Made by a program: the position numbers and the translations under genes. Below the pieces are notes generated by a model. That model did not search any database, had not been told where the DNA came from, and saw only the letters and a list, made by a program, of their open reading frames with translations. Below are positions 38,048 to 51,014 of a stretch of 62,000 bases of DNA, piece by piece. The DNA comes from Vicugna vicugna. Its lineage: Eukaryota. Every line of letters begins with the position of its first letter. Positions within the stretch are counted from its first letter, which is position 1. The stretch spans positions 434,001-496,000 of the forward strand of contig MU057724.1 in assembly GCA_013265495.1 (NCBI GenBank). Reading direction: 5' to 3'.

Positions 38048-38499
38048 GAATCACGCCTATGTGGTAGAACTATAAAGGGACGCATGAATCAGGTTTTCAT
38101 GTAGGTCAAGAGAGGGGTCACTTTGAACTGAGAGCTGATACTCCACTGACTGTGACGTTTGTTTTGTGCACTTTTCTACATGTTTGTCATGTTTCACAAT
38201 AGAAAAGGCTTTTTAAAAAGGCCTCCAACGGCCGTTACTCAGTTAAGAGTTTGCTCAGGACCCACCACCCAGTGAGGGTCTAACGCCCACTGGTTACGTG
38301 GGGGATGGACGTGTCCCCGCTCTTTCTGCTCTCCAAATGCTTACAATCTAACTTTATGGTGCAAACAAAAAAATACCCAGATTTACGGGAGAAAAAATAC
38401 GGATGAAGAATAGATTGGAAATCGGCAGAGGGACTTTCAGGACAGAGGAACGACGAGTTAAGTCAGAGAATGGGGGTGAGCAGGGACTGTGCAGGGCTG

Positions 38500-39400
38500 C
38501 CAGCATCCTGCGTTGCGGGGGCTCCGGAGTGAAACAAAATACGCTTGGTTTTGAAGAGCCCTGTCGTGGGGCGTGCGCCGTCCGGGCGGCCCGCCTTCCC
38601 TCTTCCTCTGTCCTTCCGCTCTTCGTCGGGCGCCGCCCGCCCGGGCGGGAGCCTCGAGGCCCAGCTGGAGCGTGCGCCGCGCGCGCCAGGCCTGCCCGTG
38701 GGAGGGAGCGCGGCTCGCTCGGGCCTGCGCCCCGGCGCGCGCTCTCCGAGCTGGTGCGGTGGGGACGCGCGCCCGAGCGCGGGGCCTGCGGCGCACGGTG
38801 CGCTCGCCGAGCCGGGCCCACGCCCGTCCCCGTGGGAGCCCGCAGCCACCCAGGTCCCGGGGCCGAGGCTTCGGCGGGCGCTGCGCAGTCTGCGGGTGCC
38901 GTGTCCCGAGGGCCCGAGGCAGGCGGGTAGGAGCGCCAGTCAGAGCGGGGCCCCGGGCGGGAGTGGGGGCCAGAGGCCGGACTGCAGGGCGCGGACTGCG
39001 CACGCGCTGCCTCGTGGGTCCAGTCGGCAGGCGCCGCCCGAGTGCCTGCGGTGCCCAGCCGACGCGGGCGGCCGGGGCGAGGGGCCCGGGAGCCGCGGGG
39101 GGGGGGGTGGCACCGCCGTGGTCAGCGCAGCAGCGGAGTGGGGCCCCAGCCGGGGCTCCGCTCCAGCTGTCGCTCCAGGGGGAGCCGTCAGCGTGGACGT
39201 CAGCGGCTTGGGCGGCCCTGGCCGGGAGCGTCATTGGGGTGAAGCTGGTCAGGGTGACTGACCCCACAGGACGTAGACGCTGGCCCAGGGAAGCCGTTTT
39301 GGTATCTACTCGGGCTGCCAGCAAGGGCGGACCGAGAGCTGGCCCTGGCCGGGGTCCTCGGGCGCGCGTGACAAGGTTTCCCACCGCTGCCCCGTGTGCT
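38500..39400. promoter_or_regulatory. CpG island (putative promoter/enhancer; no gene recognised)
   Basis: About 900 bp of very high GC and dense CpG with sharp AT-rich flanks. It has an NRF1-like TGCGCACGCGC (38997-39007) and GC boxes (GGGCGG). Confidence 0.8.
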
Positions 39401-42400
39401 TTTTGTTCGGGTCAGGTTGCCTGCTGAGAAGTTTTGTTTCTTCCAAATAGGGCCGCGCACACAATGAAGCAAATAATTTTGGGTGCGGGAGTAGGAGGAC
39501 ACGTAATTAAATGCAGAAGGAGGACTACTGCATCTGTTAACTTCTGTGGCTTAAGGGGATCTCAGGAAGTAAAAGGGTTTGTTTCATACTATTTTTCCAA
39601 GGAAAGAATTTGTAGTAATTTCATGTTCTGAAATGTTCGTTTTAACCCAGTCGTCAGACATCACGCTCATTTTAACAAATCCATTTATTAAACAGTAGTG
39701 CGGGTTTCTAAACACCATTCTAGACTTAGAAAATCAAAAGCAAAACATGAGCTCCTTAGAGACCTGGAGAAGTTCCTTTCTCGTGTTTACACACTTCTAA
39801 AACCACGTAAGTGTATTTTAAAAACCTAATGCTGTGTGTTACTTGCTTTCCCGTCAGTCCGCATGGGTGGCGTAGGGCCCCCCAGGACGGCGTTGAACCC
39901 TCCACACGACTGACACGCAGGCAGCTCGGTTTCTCGTGGTCTCCGTTACTGGCGATGCTGCACAGAGTAACGTGTGTGGCTGTCTGGCTGGGAGAGGCGC
40001 TTCTGTGTGAAAGCACAGGTCCCTTCAGGGTCCGCCTGAGTCCCTGATGACTGAGGGCTTTGGGCCCCCATCGCGGCTGTCACCCCTGTAGGCCTCTCCT
40101 GGGGGTTTCCCTGTTTTTTAAATCCTTTGCTGTGTGTCTTTTTTTCATGGTGACTTGTAGGAACTATTAATAAACTCTGGTGTTAATCCGCTGGTTTGAC
40201 AGCTCTCCTGGGCCATCACTTCCCCCTCCCTCTCTGCTGCTGCTCATTCCCAGCCGCCCAGCATGTTCCCTTCCTTCCGGACCTGACTTGCCCTCCTGTT
40301 GCTCAGGCTAGCCCTTCACCCTGAGGATGGGGGCGCAGCAGCAGGGGTCGGGTCCTGTTCGTTCACCACTGGTCATTTGGTCAAAAGTGAAAACTGCGAA
40401 AGCAGTTTTGAGATCACAGACAACATGGCCTTTCTGGAAGGAGGAGAGGGCTGTCCTGTGATGGGCAGATAAGGGGTTTTAAATTAATTTTTAGTGACAG
40501 GGCCCGTGACACCGAGTCTCCGTCTCTTCAGGTGGTGTCTTTGCCCTTGAATGAAGCCGTGTGCTCCCTCCTGGCAGTCCTCTCTCCGACCCGCTCCGCT
40601 GCCCGCCCTGGGCCTCCAGGACCAGGCCCCCTAGTTGGCCTGCTCTCCTTTCTGAGACCTCTGCATCCAGATTCTGATTCTTACTCTCCTGACAAGTGGA
40701 TGGTCACTGTGACCCGAGGAGTCTAGGAAGACAGCTGTTTTAGGACAGAAGGATGTTAAAAATTGAATTCGCAAAGAGCAAGCACTCTCTCGATGCTGAG
40801 GGTCCTGTGAGTGGTCGGTGGGTTTGGACCCCATGGCTGCAGGCCCTGCAGGAAAGTGCCTGCGACCCTAAGGGGTCCTACTTGAGCCCACATCCTCTGT
40901 CCTAGATTCAGACTGTGAAGTGGTCTGTAGCCACGCTAGAGAAGTTATGATCCCTCTCTTAATTCCCAGTGTCAGTCTTCAGGACAGCCTTATGACTGGG
41001 GCCCATCCTAGACCAAGACCGGGGGTCTGGAAGATGCTGGGGTGTTTGTCTAAATCCGGAAGTATTTTTCACTGTTGTTGGACTGAGACACTCACTGTAT
41101 CAGAGACTCCCACCCGGGGTCAGTCTTCCTGACATGCTGGCGGCCAGCTGGGGCTTCTGCTGACAACCACGAGCTCCCTGTGTGGCCCTCTCGGGTGCGG
41201 GGTTGTGGTTGTGCGGGATTGTGACCCCTTCCTCAATGCCACTGGACATCCCGGCGTTGACCCCCAGGGAGGGGCCGGTGGGAGCTTTAGGCCACCCTCT
41301 GGCTGCCTGACCACCTTCCCACCAGCAAATGCTCATTTGCCTGCATTGCTGGGATGACCTTGGCTCTGGCCATCTGGTCTCAACGTGGTGGCTTGGGGAG
41401 GTGCTCAGACCTGCCCCTGCGGACGGCGCGCCGGAGGAGAACCAGGAGGTGCCCGCGGCTGGAGTTCCCGGGGGGCTCTGAGCCTCTGACTGTTCTGCTA
41501 ACGGCTGCAGACAAGCCGGCCTGCGCAGCGACCCCGTGCCGGGAATGTTCTCCCCGCAGCGACGTCAGACCCCGGGGAACACAGGCCCTTCCTGCTTTGG
41601 GATGTGCGCTGAGCAAGTTTACATCAAGTCAACACACGTGGAAAGCTCAGGAGTGGTGTCGCTCAGGGAAGTCCTCGTCCTTTTCGGTGTGGCTCTATCG
41701 GCCTGCCCTGCTCGGGGAGTCGGCGGCACCGTGACTGGGCGGTCCGCCCTCAGGGACCTGCTTCAGACAAGACCGGGCTCCAAGGGGCTGGGCTTTCTGT
41801 CTGTGGGCGCTGGTCTCCTCTTCTCAGCTTTGCCTGTGTTTTCAGAAAGCCTCGAGGTGGTCCTTCAGAGGGAGCTGCCGATGGACGCTCTCACTGGGGA
41901 AACTGGGGAGCTCTGCGCTGCTCTGCACAGCGTGCTGCGCTGTTTTTGCCTGGGAGTAGCCGTACGGTTCCAACTCTGCTCCCGTTTGCTGCGGCTCTTA
42001 GCCGGGGTGCCCACTGTGGCCGGAGGGCCAGTGACCTCTCGGCCGGTGCCCTGTTCCTGCTGGATGTGGGCAGGGCTGTCAGTCTGGCCGGTGGGGTAGA
42101 CGGGCCTCTCCCTTGCATGGAGCAGCCCCTCCCGGCCTGGTCTTGGCCCTGCTGTGGTGGGGACTCAGGCCTGGGCTCCATGCGGAGGGCGTGCGTGGCC
42201 GGGCTCCGGGGCTGAGGCTCTGCCTGTGGGGCTCTGGTTCCTGCTGAGCAGCCCACGCGTCTGGGCTCAGGTGTCTTCTTTGTGACCCGGAACCTTGCTG
42301 GGACCGAGTCCTGTGGGGATGTGCCTGGTCTGGGTGTTCAGGGACCACGGTCTGGCCTGTCACGGGGTGCTGGCCTTGGTGGACAGGCTTGGATGGCCTC

Positions 42401-45400
42401 AGGCTGGGTGCCACCATCAGCTCGTCCTGCCAGCCGGCCCCACAGGAACGGGCTTGGTCAGGAGGGAGGATGGAGGGGCACGCCTGCTTTCCCGTATCAA
42501 GCAGCTGGCCTCCCGGCTTGGAGGGATCAGCAAAGGGGGGTGCCTGCCTCGTTCCAGGAGAGGACGCCCGGTCCAGGCAGACACAGGTGTATGTGGCTGC
42601 GGCTGGGGCGTGGCTCTCCTCACTGCTGGAAGACGTGCTCGGGCTCTGCCTGTTACATCTTTGCACACGTGTGAGGACGTCTCCTGCTCTGGGAAGACGT
42701 CCTGTGTCTCTGAGCACATGTGTGAATCAGGTACAGACGACTCACACTCATGTGTTTCTGAAGACAGTCTGAAGTGAAGTGGGCTGTGTTTCTGTGAGTG
42801 AAGAGCCTTATTTTCTTGGCTGGGGGACGTTCATCATCTACCAGGTGGGTCAGACAAAGCCCTGCACTGACGTCTGACCGCTTCCCGCCAGCCCTGCTGT
42901 TGGTCGGGGGTCTGAGACCAGAGTGGGGCTGGGGGTAGGGGGACACCAGCGTGTGCAGCATCCGTCAGTTTCTGCTTCTCACGTGCTTAGGCCCTGACGC
43001 TGGGCCTCGGCGGGCTGCCAGCCACGGGAGAGGAGACGACCCTGACCCGCTTGGCTAATGAAGCAGTGAGCGAAGGGGTGGGCCCAGCGGTCAGCCTGAC
43101 CCCAGGGTCTGAACGTCCCGGGCTGGGTGTGCACTCACCCGGTCCCTTTGCCTGGGCCAGATGACCCCTGGTGTTCACGGGGCCCCCTCGTCCCAGGACG
43201 CTCACGGCTGGTGGACCTACTCCTGTCCAGCCCTCCCGCCCTTGTGACCTGACCTGGTTCAGTCATTTGTGCTCTGTCGTCATTTTCCAGTTATTCTTGT
43301 GTGAAGCCCCTGTGAGCACTAACGGTCCTCCTTGGTGTATTTCCAGTTTCGACACTCCGCTCTCAGTGTGCAGCGGTATGACACGGTTGGGAGACAGGTG
43401 TCTGACCACGTTGTGCAAGTTGGGGCTTTTGCTTTGGGTAAACTGGGGAGGGTTTGTCAGAGGAAAGCCTGTCAATCAATTACGCCTAGTGTGTCTGTTT
43501 CATGGCAGTAGCTGGCAGGACTCTGCACCCTGCGCCTTGGGTCAGAGTAAGTTCTCTGCTGTCTGCGACATCCGGAGGGTTGCTCTTTGCACCCAGTTTC
43601 CTGATGGGTGGAAACAAGGGCCTCTTCTGTGATCCTGAGGTGCCAGTTTGACCAGGAAGACAAAGAGATGTTTAAATAAAGTCCCTGGACATTTACTTGG
43701 CCTCAAAATTGCTTCTCCAAACGTGCACATTGTGCAGCTTTGCAGATCTCCGAGTGTTTCTGTGACCGGCTCCGAGGAGCCTGTGTTGCAACTTCTCTTT
43801 TTGTCCTGGGGGGAGGAGGGAAGGAATTAGTTGTCTTTTCCCCCTTCCAGAGAACTGCCAAAAGAATTTCGGCTCTCCCAGATGAAGTCAGTTTTAAATT
43901 GTGGTTCTCCCGAGGTTCGTCTGGAAGAAGACACAGCAGTTCTGAGAAGCCAGCAGTGGAGGCTGCCAAGCTGCTCTGTTTCCCTGGCTGCAGCTTCTGC
44001 TTCCTCGCGTTGGGGTCAGTGGGAACAAGCCACAGTCTCCCAGGGCTGGGGAGCCCTCCCCACAGTGGTCTTGCCCACCTCTTCGCCTATCCGGTCTTGG
44101 CCTCCGTCTTCTGGTTGCAACACGACTCCAGGCTGAGCCTCTGCGGAGCTGGGTTCTCACCGACTCTGTTCTGTCAGGGGCGCAGGTGTCCCTGGGAGTG
44201 TAGCGCCCGTCTCTGCTCTGGGGTTTGGGACAGGGGGAGAGGCTGTGGCAGTGCTGTAGGAAGAGTCACCAGGGTCGCGCGCATGGTGGTTCGGGGCCTC
44301 GGAGCGGAAGGCGCAGAGGGGGCGGGACAGCCTAAGTGGAGGCCGGCAGTGTGGTCAACGCCCGGACACAGCCGTCGGCCTCACCATGTCCCTCGGGACT
44401 GATGGGCGACAGTTGTGGAGAAGTTTCGCTGCTGTTCAGGCAGAAGGCGGAGTGCGGCCCCTGGGGCCTTCCCAGAACCACAGGGTGTGAATATTTCTCC
44501 CCAGCATCCGAGGAGCCATCCGGAGAGCCGTCGGACATGGGCTTTTGAAGGCTGTGCCCGCTCTCGTGGGTGCCAGAGTGAGCGCACGGGTCCGCAGCAT
44601 CTCGTCCAGGCCCTGTGTTGACAGATAAACACACCACAGCCAGGACGGTTAGGTGCTGTGCCCAGCGACATGCAGGGCGGACGGCAGAACCCAGGGCAGA
44701 CCTGCCTCCTGACCTTCCCGGAGCCCTTCTCCTGTCTCACCCCTGCAGAGCCCATCTCTGGGGAGTCCTCATGAAAGAAATGAAATGTTTGATTAAAAGC
44801 TTCTCATGATTGCCTTTTGACATCAAAATAGTTCAAATGTGAGAATGAGCATTCTCTCGCAGGTGAGCCTCTGCGGGCTGGAGGCCACGGGCCATCCCTG
44901 TACCCGGGTGGGGGACTGCTGGGAGCAAAGGATGCAGGTCCGGGTCCCCCAGATGCTCCCTGCTTCCTGGGAGGCAGACTGGGCAGCAGATCCTGGAGCC
45001 CGGCTTAGATGCTGCGTTATCAAAACGCACTTAAACTGCTTCATTGCCTAACTGTTTAATTTATACTTGCTAATCCGTGTTCTAAATCTCCTTCTTTTTC
45101 GTGGGGAGCCTCGAGCAGACAGAAACCATTTGTTCATTTCTGCATCGCTCAACAGAGGGCCCTGTTAGGATCGCAACCTAATTTTTATTCAGATTTGAAC
45201 GCTCATTTGAGTAAATGCAGTATGTTGATCTCTGAAATGTGCAGTGAAATATCGTGGTCGGTTGGGTAATTTTCTGTGGCTAAAGGGTCTTCTTTTAAGG
45301 CTCCACCTAGGTTGCTAATATCGCTATGAAAATGCGTGAGAATTTACTATATAGCTGTTAACTTTTTAATCAGAACACTTTGTTTCTTATTTTGTTATTT

Positions 45401-46232
45401 AAAATGGAAAAAGCAGTTAGACCCTTTGTGGCATAATTATTTGCCAAATGTAACTTGTTTCCAAACTGCAATGATCTTGGAGCTGAACTACCACAAACAA
45501 GAGTTTGGAACCAGTAAGCCATTTGTATTTTTAGCTTTTAAACAGCCGAATAGTTTGCCCTCAGTCTTCCGAGGAGAAAAGTTCCCTCCCGGGCTGAAGC
45601 TGTGCACTGAGGCCTCTGTGCACGAGGCTGCCATCCAGGCTCCAGAGCACGGAAACAGAGGTGCCCAGTGATTCAGGCTGAATAACAGTGTCCGTGCCTA
45701 TGAAATTCCAGCTTCTGAAATTACAACGCAGGAGGTCGTTAGACTAGCCGGGTTCAGTCCCCGCATGAAACCACAGCCCCAGCGCACGGCGGGAAGAGGC
45801 CGGCGCGCAGCACCGGGTCAGGGCAGTGCCCGTTAGCTTCGGGGCCAAGCACCTGCTTTTCATGGTGCTGGAGGCCTGGACGTAGACCGACAACGCCGGG
45901 GTGGCTTCGGGCCGCTGGGCAGAGGGGAGCACGTGTCCCGAGCACTGTGGTCGAGACACATCCACGTGTGTCCGTCCTTTGGCCTCTGTGCACTGCGCGG
46001 TGCGTGGGGAACGCAGGCTGATGTGTCGGTGACGCGGGAGGCTGAGCTTACGAAAGGGCTGCTGGGACCGAGGAGGGAGCCGGGAACAGCTCGGAGGTCC
46101 CACCTCCTCCCTCGCGCTTACTTGTGTAACTTTCCGCTAGTGAAGCCGACAGTCTGTTCAGCTATGTGGGGACACCGGGGCCAGGGCCACCGTGCTGTAG
46201 GGATGAAGGGGGGCTGGGGTGGGGGGGACTGG

Positions 46233-46402
46233 NNNNNNNNNNNNNNNNNNNNNNNNNNNNNNNNNNNNNNNNNNNNNNNNNNNNNNNNNNNNNNNNNNNN
46301 NNNNNNNNNNNNNNNNNNNNNNNNNNNNNNNNNNNNNNNNNNNNNNNNNNNNNNNNNNNNNNNNNNNNNNNNNNNNNNNNNNNNNNNNNNNNNNNNNNNN
46401 NN
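46233..46402. other. Assembly gap (170 N)
   Basis: Run of N flanked on both sides by G-runs. Confidence 0.99.
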
Positions 46403-46473
46403 GGGGGTGACGTGGGGGATAACTCAGGGTATAGTGTAGGGGATTAGAACCTGATTTGCATAGTCAAGGGACT

Positions 46474-46600
46474 GCGTGTGTGCATACATGTGCGTGTGTG
46501 CATGCATGTGCGGGCATGTGGAAATGTGTATGTGTGTGACCACGTGTCTGCGTGTGGACACGAGTGTGCACTTGCACAGGGGCAACATGTGTGTGTGACA
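46474..46600. repeat. Degenerate (TG)n / RY-alternating low-complexity repeat
   Basis: gcgtgtgtgcatacatgtgcgtgtgtgcatgcatgtgcg... Confidence 0.7.
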
Positions 46601-48746
46601 TAACGTTTGGGCCGTTGCCCAGTCCCTTGCGTGGCTGTGTCCTGAGTAGTAAATGCTCAGCACAGTGAAGCTGGAGGGAGGGGAACTCCAGCGCTGAGAC
46701 ACGGCCAACGAGGAGGAAGACGAGGGGTCAGGGATACACACAGACACAAGGGAAGAAAACTCTTGAACTCGTGTGGGAGGAGCCCCGGGCCTCGTCCCAG
46801 ACCCTCTGGCCCTCACAGCTTCTCTACTCGGCACCGTTACTGGACCCGCGTGTGCAGATCTGTGTGTGTCAAGTGCCTGTGTGCGATTTCCCCAGTGCTT
46901 TTCTCTGCCTTGAACTGCTTTAAATCTCACCCTAGTCTAGATTTTTCACAAATGTGTCCACATCTTTCTCTTCAAGTCCTTGAAAACTGGCCATGCGTCT
47001 GGAACATCTCTGATGGGCTGTACCCTTTCTGTTCCTTCTTCTGTACAAAGTTATTTCCCGTCACTGTCTGGGAGTTCAGCTTCTGTGAATAAAGGATCTC
47101 TCATAGAAAAGCACAAAATTTATCTAAAGAAAAAAATTGGACAAGAGGCGAGGTGGGGGCCTTTTACCGAAGCATCCGTCTTTTATGATGTCTGTGGTCT
47201 TATTTTGGAAACGCAAGTTTTGTGCTGTCTTCGAAGCCTCAAAGGAGAGAACAGAATTAGGTTTTGACTTCTGGTTTGTCCCCTGCAAAGCCGGAAACCA
47301 AGGCAGACTCCCGAGGACATGGCCGAGGACCTGCGCTCAGAGGCGCGCTCTCCCGGCGCGGCCCCGCTCCCCTCCGGCTGCGCACGGGTTGGTCCCTTGG
47401 CTGAGCCCCGGGCCTCAGTCCCCGGTCCCGACCAACCGCGTGCTCTCCTTTCGAAGAACGATGCTGTCACGCTTGGCTCTAAGATCTCGGTGCTGATGTC
47501 ACAGGCGGTCAGATCCCCGTGCTCAGCACGGAGGGCCGGGGGCATTTCTGCTGCGCTCTTTCCTCTGCCGCAAACTGGACGCGTTCCAAGTCCAGCGTCA
47601 CCGCCCCTGCCACGCGCTTGAGGTCTGAGGATTTGCCAGAAGTTTTCAACTGCCGCCCTCCTCCCGAGTCAGCGCGTTCCACCGCCTCGTCCCCCTGTTT
47701 CTGAGGCTCCCGTCCTGGGCGCCAGCTCTGCGGAGGCACAGAGGAGCCGGCGTGGGTGAGCAGGTGCTCCTGCAGGGCCACCCGCCGACCTTTCCAGGTG
47801 ACCCCGCAGTGACAGCGAGGTGACACGCCGTACACGACTGTCCACGGCGCTTCAGAGGGTTGTGTGTCTGTTTTTCATTCTCGTCTTAGAAAAAGTCTTG
47901 TTTTCCAGGAAGGCCTTGATGTCTCTTACTCTGACTAGATGAGCGAATCAATTTTTGTCTTTTATGCAGAAGACTGTGTGTTTTTAGGTGAAGGCTTTAG
48001 CCGGAGCCAGTAGTTTGCCCCTGCTCTGACGTGTGAGCCTTGAGACACATACAGATGGTTTTCAGGGATTCAACCAAGATAAGAAGATGTCAGTTAGGTG
48101 CACAATTAATGCTAGGAAATAAATTTTTAAGTTGTTTTTGGTGACATGTATCCAAAGAGCTTTTTTTAGCCTTGACTTATTTTATCACACTTGATTTAAT
48201 TAAGACTGAAGACTACCCAAAACTTGGGGGGGGCACTCTGCAAAGGACATGATGAAGAAAATGAGTTTTTAAAAGTAGGCTTGAAAAAATTCCTTTCATT
48301 TTAAGAGAAGATTTAATGCATAAGAGTTTGGTTTTGCTTTGATCCAAAGATCTACTAACAATTTTTTAAAAATAGAAAGTGGTTATTAAGTCGTATGTCT
48401 ATAATAAATTCAAAGACTACCAATGAACAGAGAATTAACTAGGCCAAACCAAAGAAGCAGTCACGTGGTTCTGCTGCCGAGATCCAGGAAACCTGAGAGA
48501 ACCACTTATGACAGCTTTCCATTTTGCGGTCTTTTAACTTAACCTTAAATTACAACAGAGTAACATGGAAACTAAGGCTGGAGGCAGGAGGAGGGAGAGG
48601 GGAAACCGGGAAGAACAGTGACTGCATTTTTGCATCTTACACTTTTGGAAAGTTTTATCAGCAATCTGGAAATTCAAGATAGAATTTGAAAAGTTCCTTT
48701 GAAAAAAACTCTAAAACGTCTATTTACTTTGTAGATGAACGGTTGT

Positions 48747-49235
48747 GGCGTATTATTTCCTGCTGCTGCTGTGGCAGGTTACCGCTAATGTCGTGGCTTC
48801 AGACAGCACAGGTTATCTTGAGTTTCTGTACCTCAGAGTGCGGCAGGGTCTCCCTGGGCTGAAGCAAGATGCAGCCACCCGGCTTTCCTCCCTGCGGGGG
48901 TGGGGGGTGGGGTGGGCAGGGTCCTCAGCTTCTGCAGCTCTGGGGCTGCACCCCCAGAGGCTTGTGGCCTCTCCCTCCCTCACCTGAGCCAGCAGCACAC
49001 GCGCCCTCAGGGCACGTCAGTCCCGCTGGGTCTCCTGCCTCCACCCTCACTCTTGGAACCCCCGTGATTATGGGGCCCCTCAGGTAGCCCAGGGTGCTCT
49101 CCCTGCTTTCAGGTCAGCCGACCAGCGGCCTTAGTTGCGCCCGTTCCCTCAGCTCCCCGTTGCCACGTGACAGTCCACACTCGCAGGCTCTGCAGCTCGG
49201 GACGCGGACAGCCCCTGGGGCCGCTGTTCCCAGCC
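48747..49235 (-). mobile_element. MaLR LTR (MLT1D-like) remnant
   Basis: Antisense MLT1 motifs 'ttcctgctgctgctgtggcaggttaccgctaatgtcgtggcttcagacagcaca' and 'caggtagcccagggtgctctccctgctttcaggtcagc'. Confidence 0.65.
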
Positions 49236-49829
49236 CCTCGCGTGGGGTGTTGAGGCTTCTGGCGTGCTCTGGTTGAGAATGGGTCTGCAGAAGGTAAAGC
49301 ATGTGTACACGCGCACCTTGAGGTGGTTACTCCCTTTCCAGGGTTTTAGATGACGCGGGTATTTCTGACGCTTTGATAGGAACCGAACAGCGGGGCTCGA
49401 GGACCCATCCCCCTCCCTCGAGGGTGACAGCTGAGCTTCGCCTCCGCCTGGGGAGGAGCCTGCAGGGAAGCCGCAGGCAGCAAGGGAGGCAGCACAGGGC
49501 ATGGAGGAGACTCATGCTCCGACGCAGGGCTCTACGAGCAGGCAGCGCAGCCCCTCTCCTGCCGCAGGCGCGTAACCTCTCACGCGAAAGGGCCGTTTAC
49601 CACACTTCCTTCAACCTGACGCCTCGTCTCTGGCTTTCAACAAAAAACCTCAAGTCTTGCTAAAACACCAAAAATGCGGTGTAAAGAGACGAGGACTAGC
49701 TTCAGGACTAGACTCAGGTCCAGCAGGGATTCGGGGTTGAAGCAGCCGTGATTAACGTGTACGGGCTCTGGCAGGAAGAGCGCACAGCCTGCAGAAGCAG
49801 GTGGTAACACGAGCAAGAGAAGCAAAACT

Positions 49830-50830
49830 CTCAGAAAGAAGTAAAATTGCTAGAAATAGAAAAGGCTCATTAGCAAGCTGGACATGGCCAAGGAAACAGT
49901 GAATCAGTGTAACTTCCCAAACTGAAAAGCGAAGGGAAAGAAAGACTGAAAAAACGGATTATTCAAGAACTGCAGGACAGTCACAGGAGTGATAATGGAT
50001 ACGTAGTGGAACACTCCTCTGAGATACGAGAAGGAGAAGAAACAGAGAAACTGTGGGGGTGACGACGGCTGAGAATTTCCAAACCATGGATCCCACGGAG
50101 CTCAGAGAACACCAAGCAGGGTAAATTACAAAAAAAAAAAAATTACATCTAGGCACGTCCTAGTCAAACTGTAGAAGATCAAAGACAAAAAGGAAGCTGT
50201 GAAGGGAGCTAGAAAACACAGACACCTCACCTGTAGAGAAATAAGCGTGAGAGTTTCGTTAGGCGTCTCTCCAGAGACCCTGAAAGAAGAAGACCGTGGA
50301 GAGAAATACCTAAAATATCGAAAGGACCAGGTGCACCTCCCCCGACCCACCTGCTTACCTGTGTTTCTGTGTCCAGTGAAGTTGTCCTTCACGAGTGAAG
50401 TTGAAACAAAGTCCTTCTCAGACGAGGAGAATGGAAAGAATTTACTTCCAGTAAGCCTGCCTTGCGGGAAATCTTTAAAAAACTCTTCAGAGAGAAGGCA
50501 AATGAAAATAAGGTAGAAATTCAAATCTGCCTTTAAAAAGGAAGCGCGTTAGAGAAGGAGTAAATAAAGGTGAAATAAAAAGTTTTACTTTTCTTACTTT
50601 TAGTTCCTCTAACCAGTAACAGTCTGCACAAAATACAGATAGTAAGAATGAGCTGGGTGAGCGAAGCGAGTGGCGGCAGTGCGACAGGCCTGGCGGGGAG
50701 GGGTTCGGAGCACCTTGTTCTGAGGAACCTGAGCCGCCCCGCCAGGTGTCCTGGTGTTGGCGGACCTAGGCTAACTGTAAGTCGTATTGTAAACTCCAGG
50801 CAGCCACTAATCAAGTTTAAAAAAGAAGGG
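49830..50830 (+). mobile_element. Ancient LINE-1 ORF1/inter-ORF remnant (L1M4/L1MC-like)
   Basis: Contains 'gctgagaatttccaaa', 'gctcagagaacaccaagcagggtaaat' and 'acatctaggcacgtcctagtcaaactg'. The peptide PVKLSFTSEVETKSFSD resembles ORF1p PAKLSFxxEGEIKTFxD. Confidence 0.75.
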
Positions 50831-51014
50831 GGCCTGGTGCGCTGAGAGGCAGAGAAAGTCGTCGCACGAAAAGCTGAGTTAAAGGCCGGGAGGCAGGAGC
50901 TGCGCCCTGTGGCCGCGCCGCGCCGCGCCGTCCTCCTCCTGCCCTCCCCCCCGGGATGTGCTGCGTGTCTGGGCACGCTCCGACCCCTTTCTCGTGGCCT
51001 TTCCTGAATCTCCT

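Noticed and set aside
38354..39502. Long overlapping ORFs (238-308 aa) on both strands
   Set aside because: Low-complexity Arg/Pro/Gly/Ala translations, expected from stop-codon scarcity in a CpG island. No recognisable domain.
43740..44402. 220-aa ORF and other 100-210 aa ORFs between 41 and 61 kb
   Set aside because: No domain similarity or coherent exon structure; typical of GC-rich non-coding DNA.
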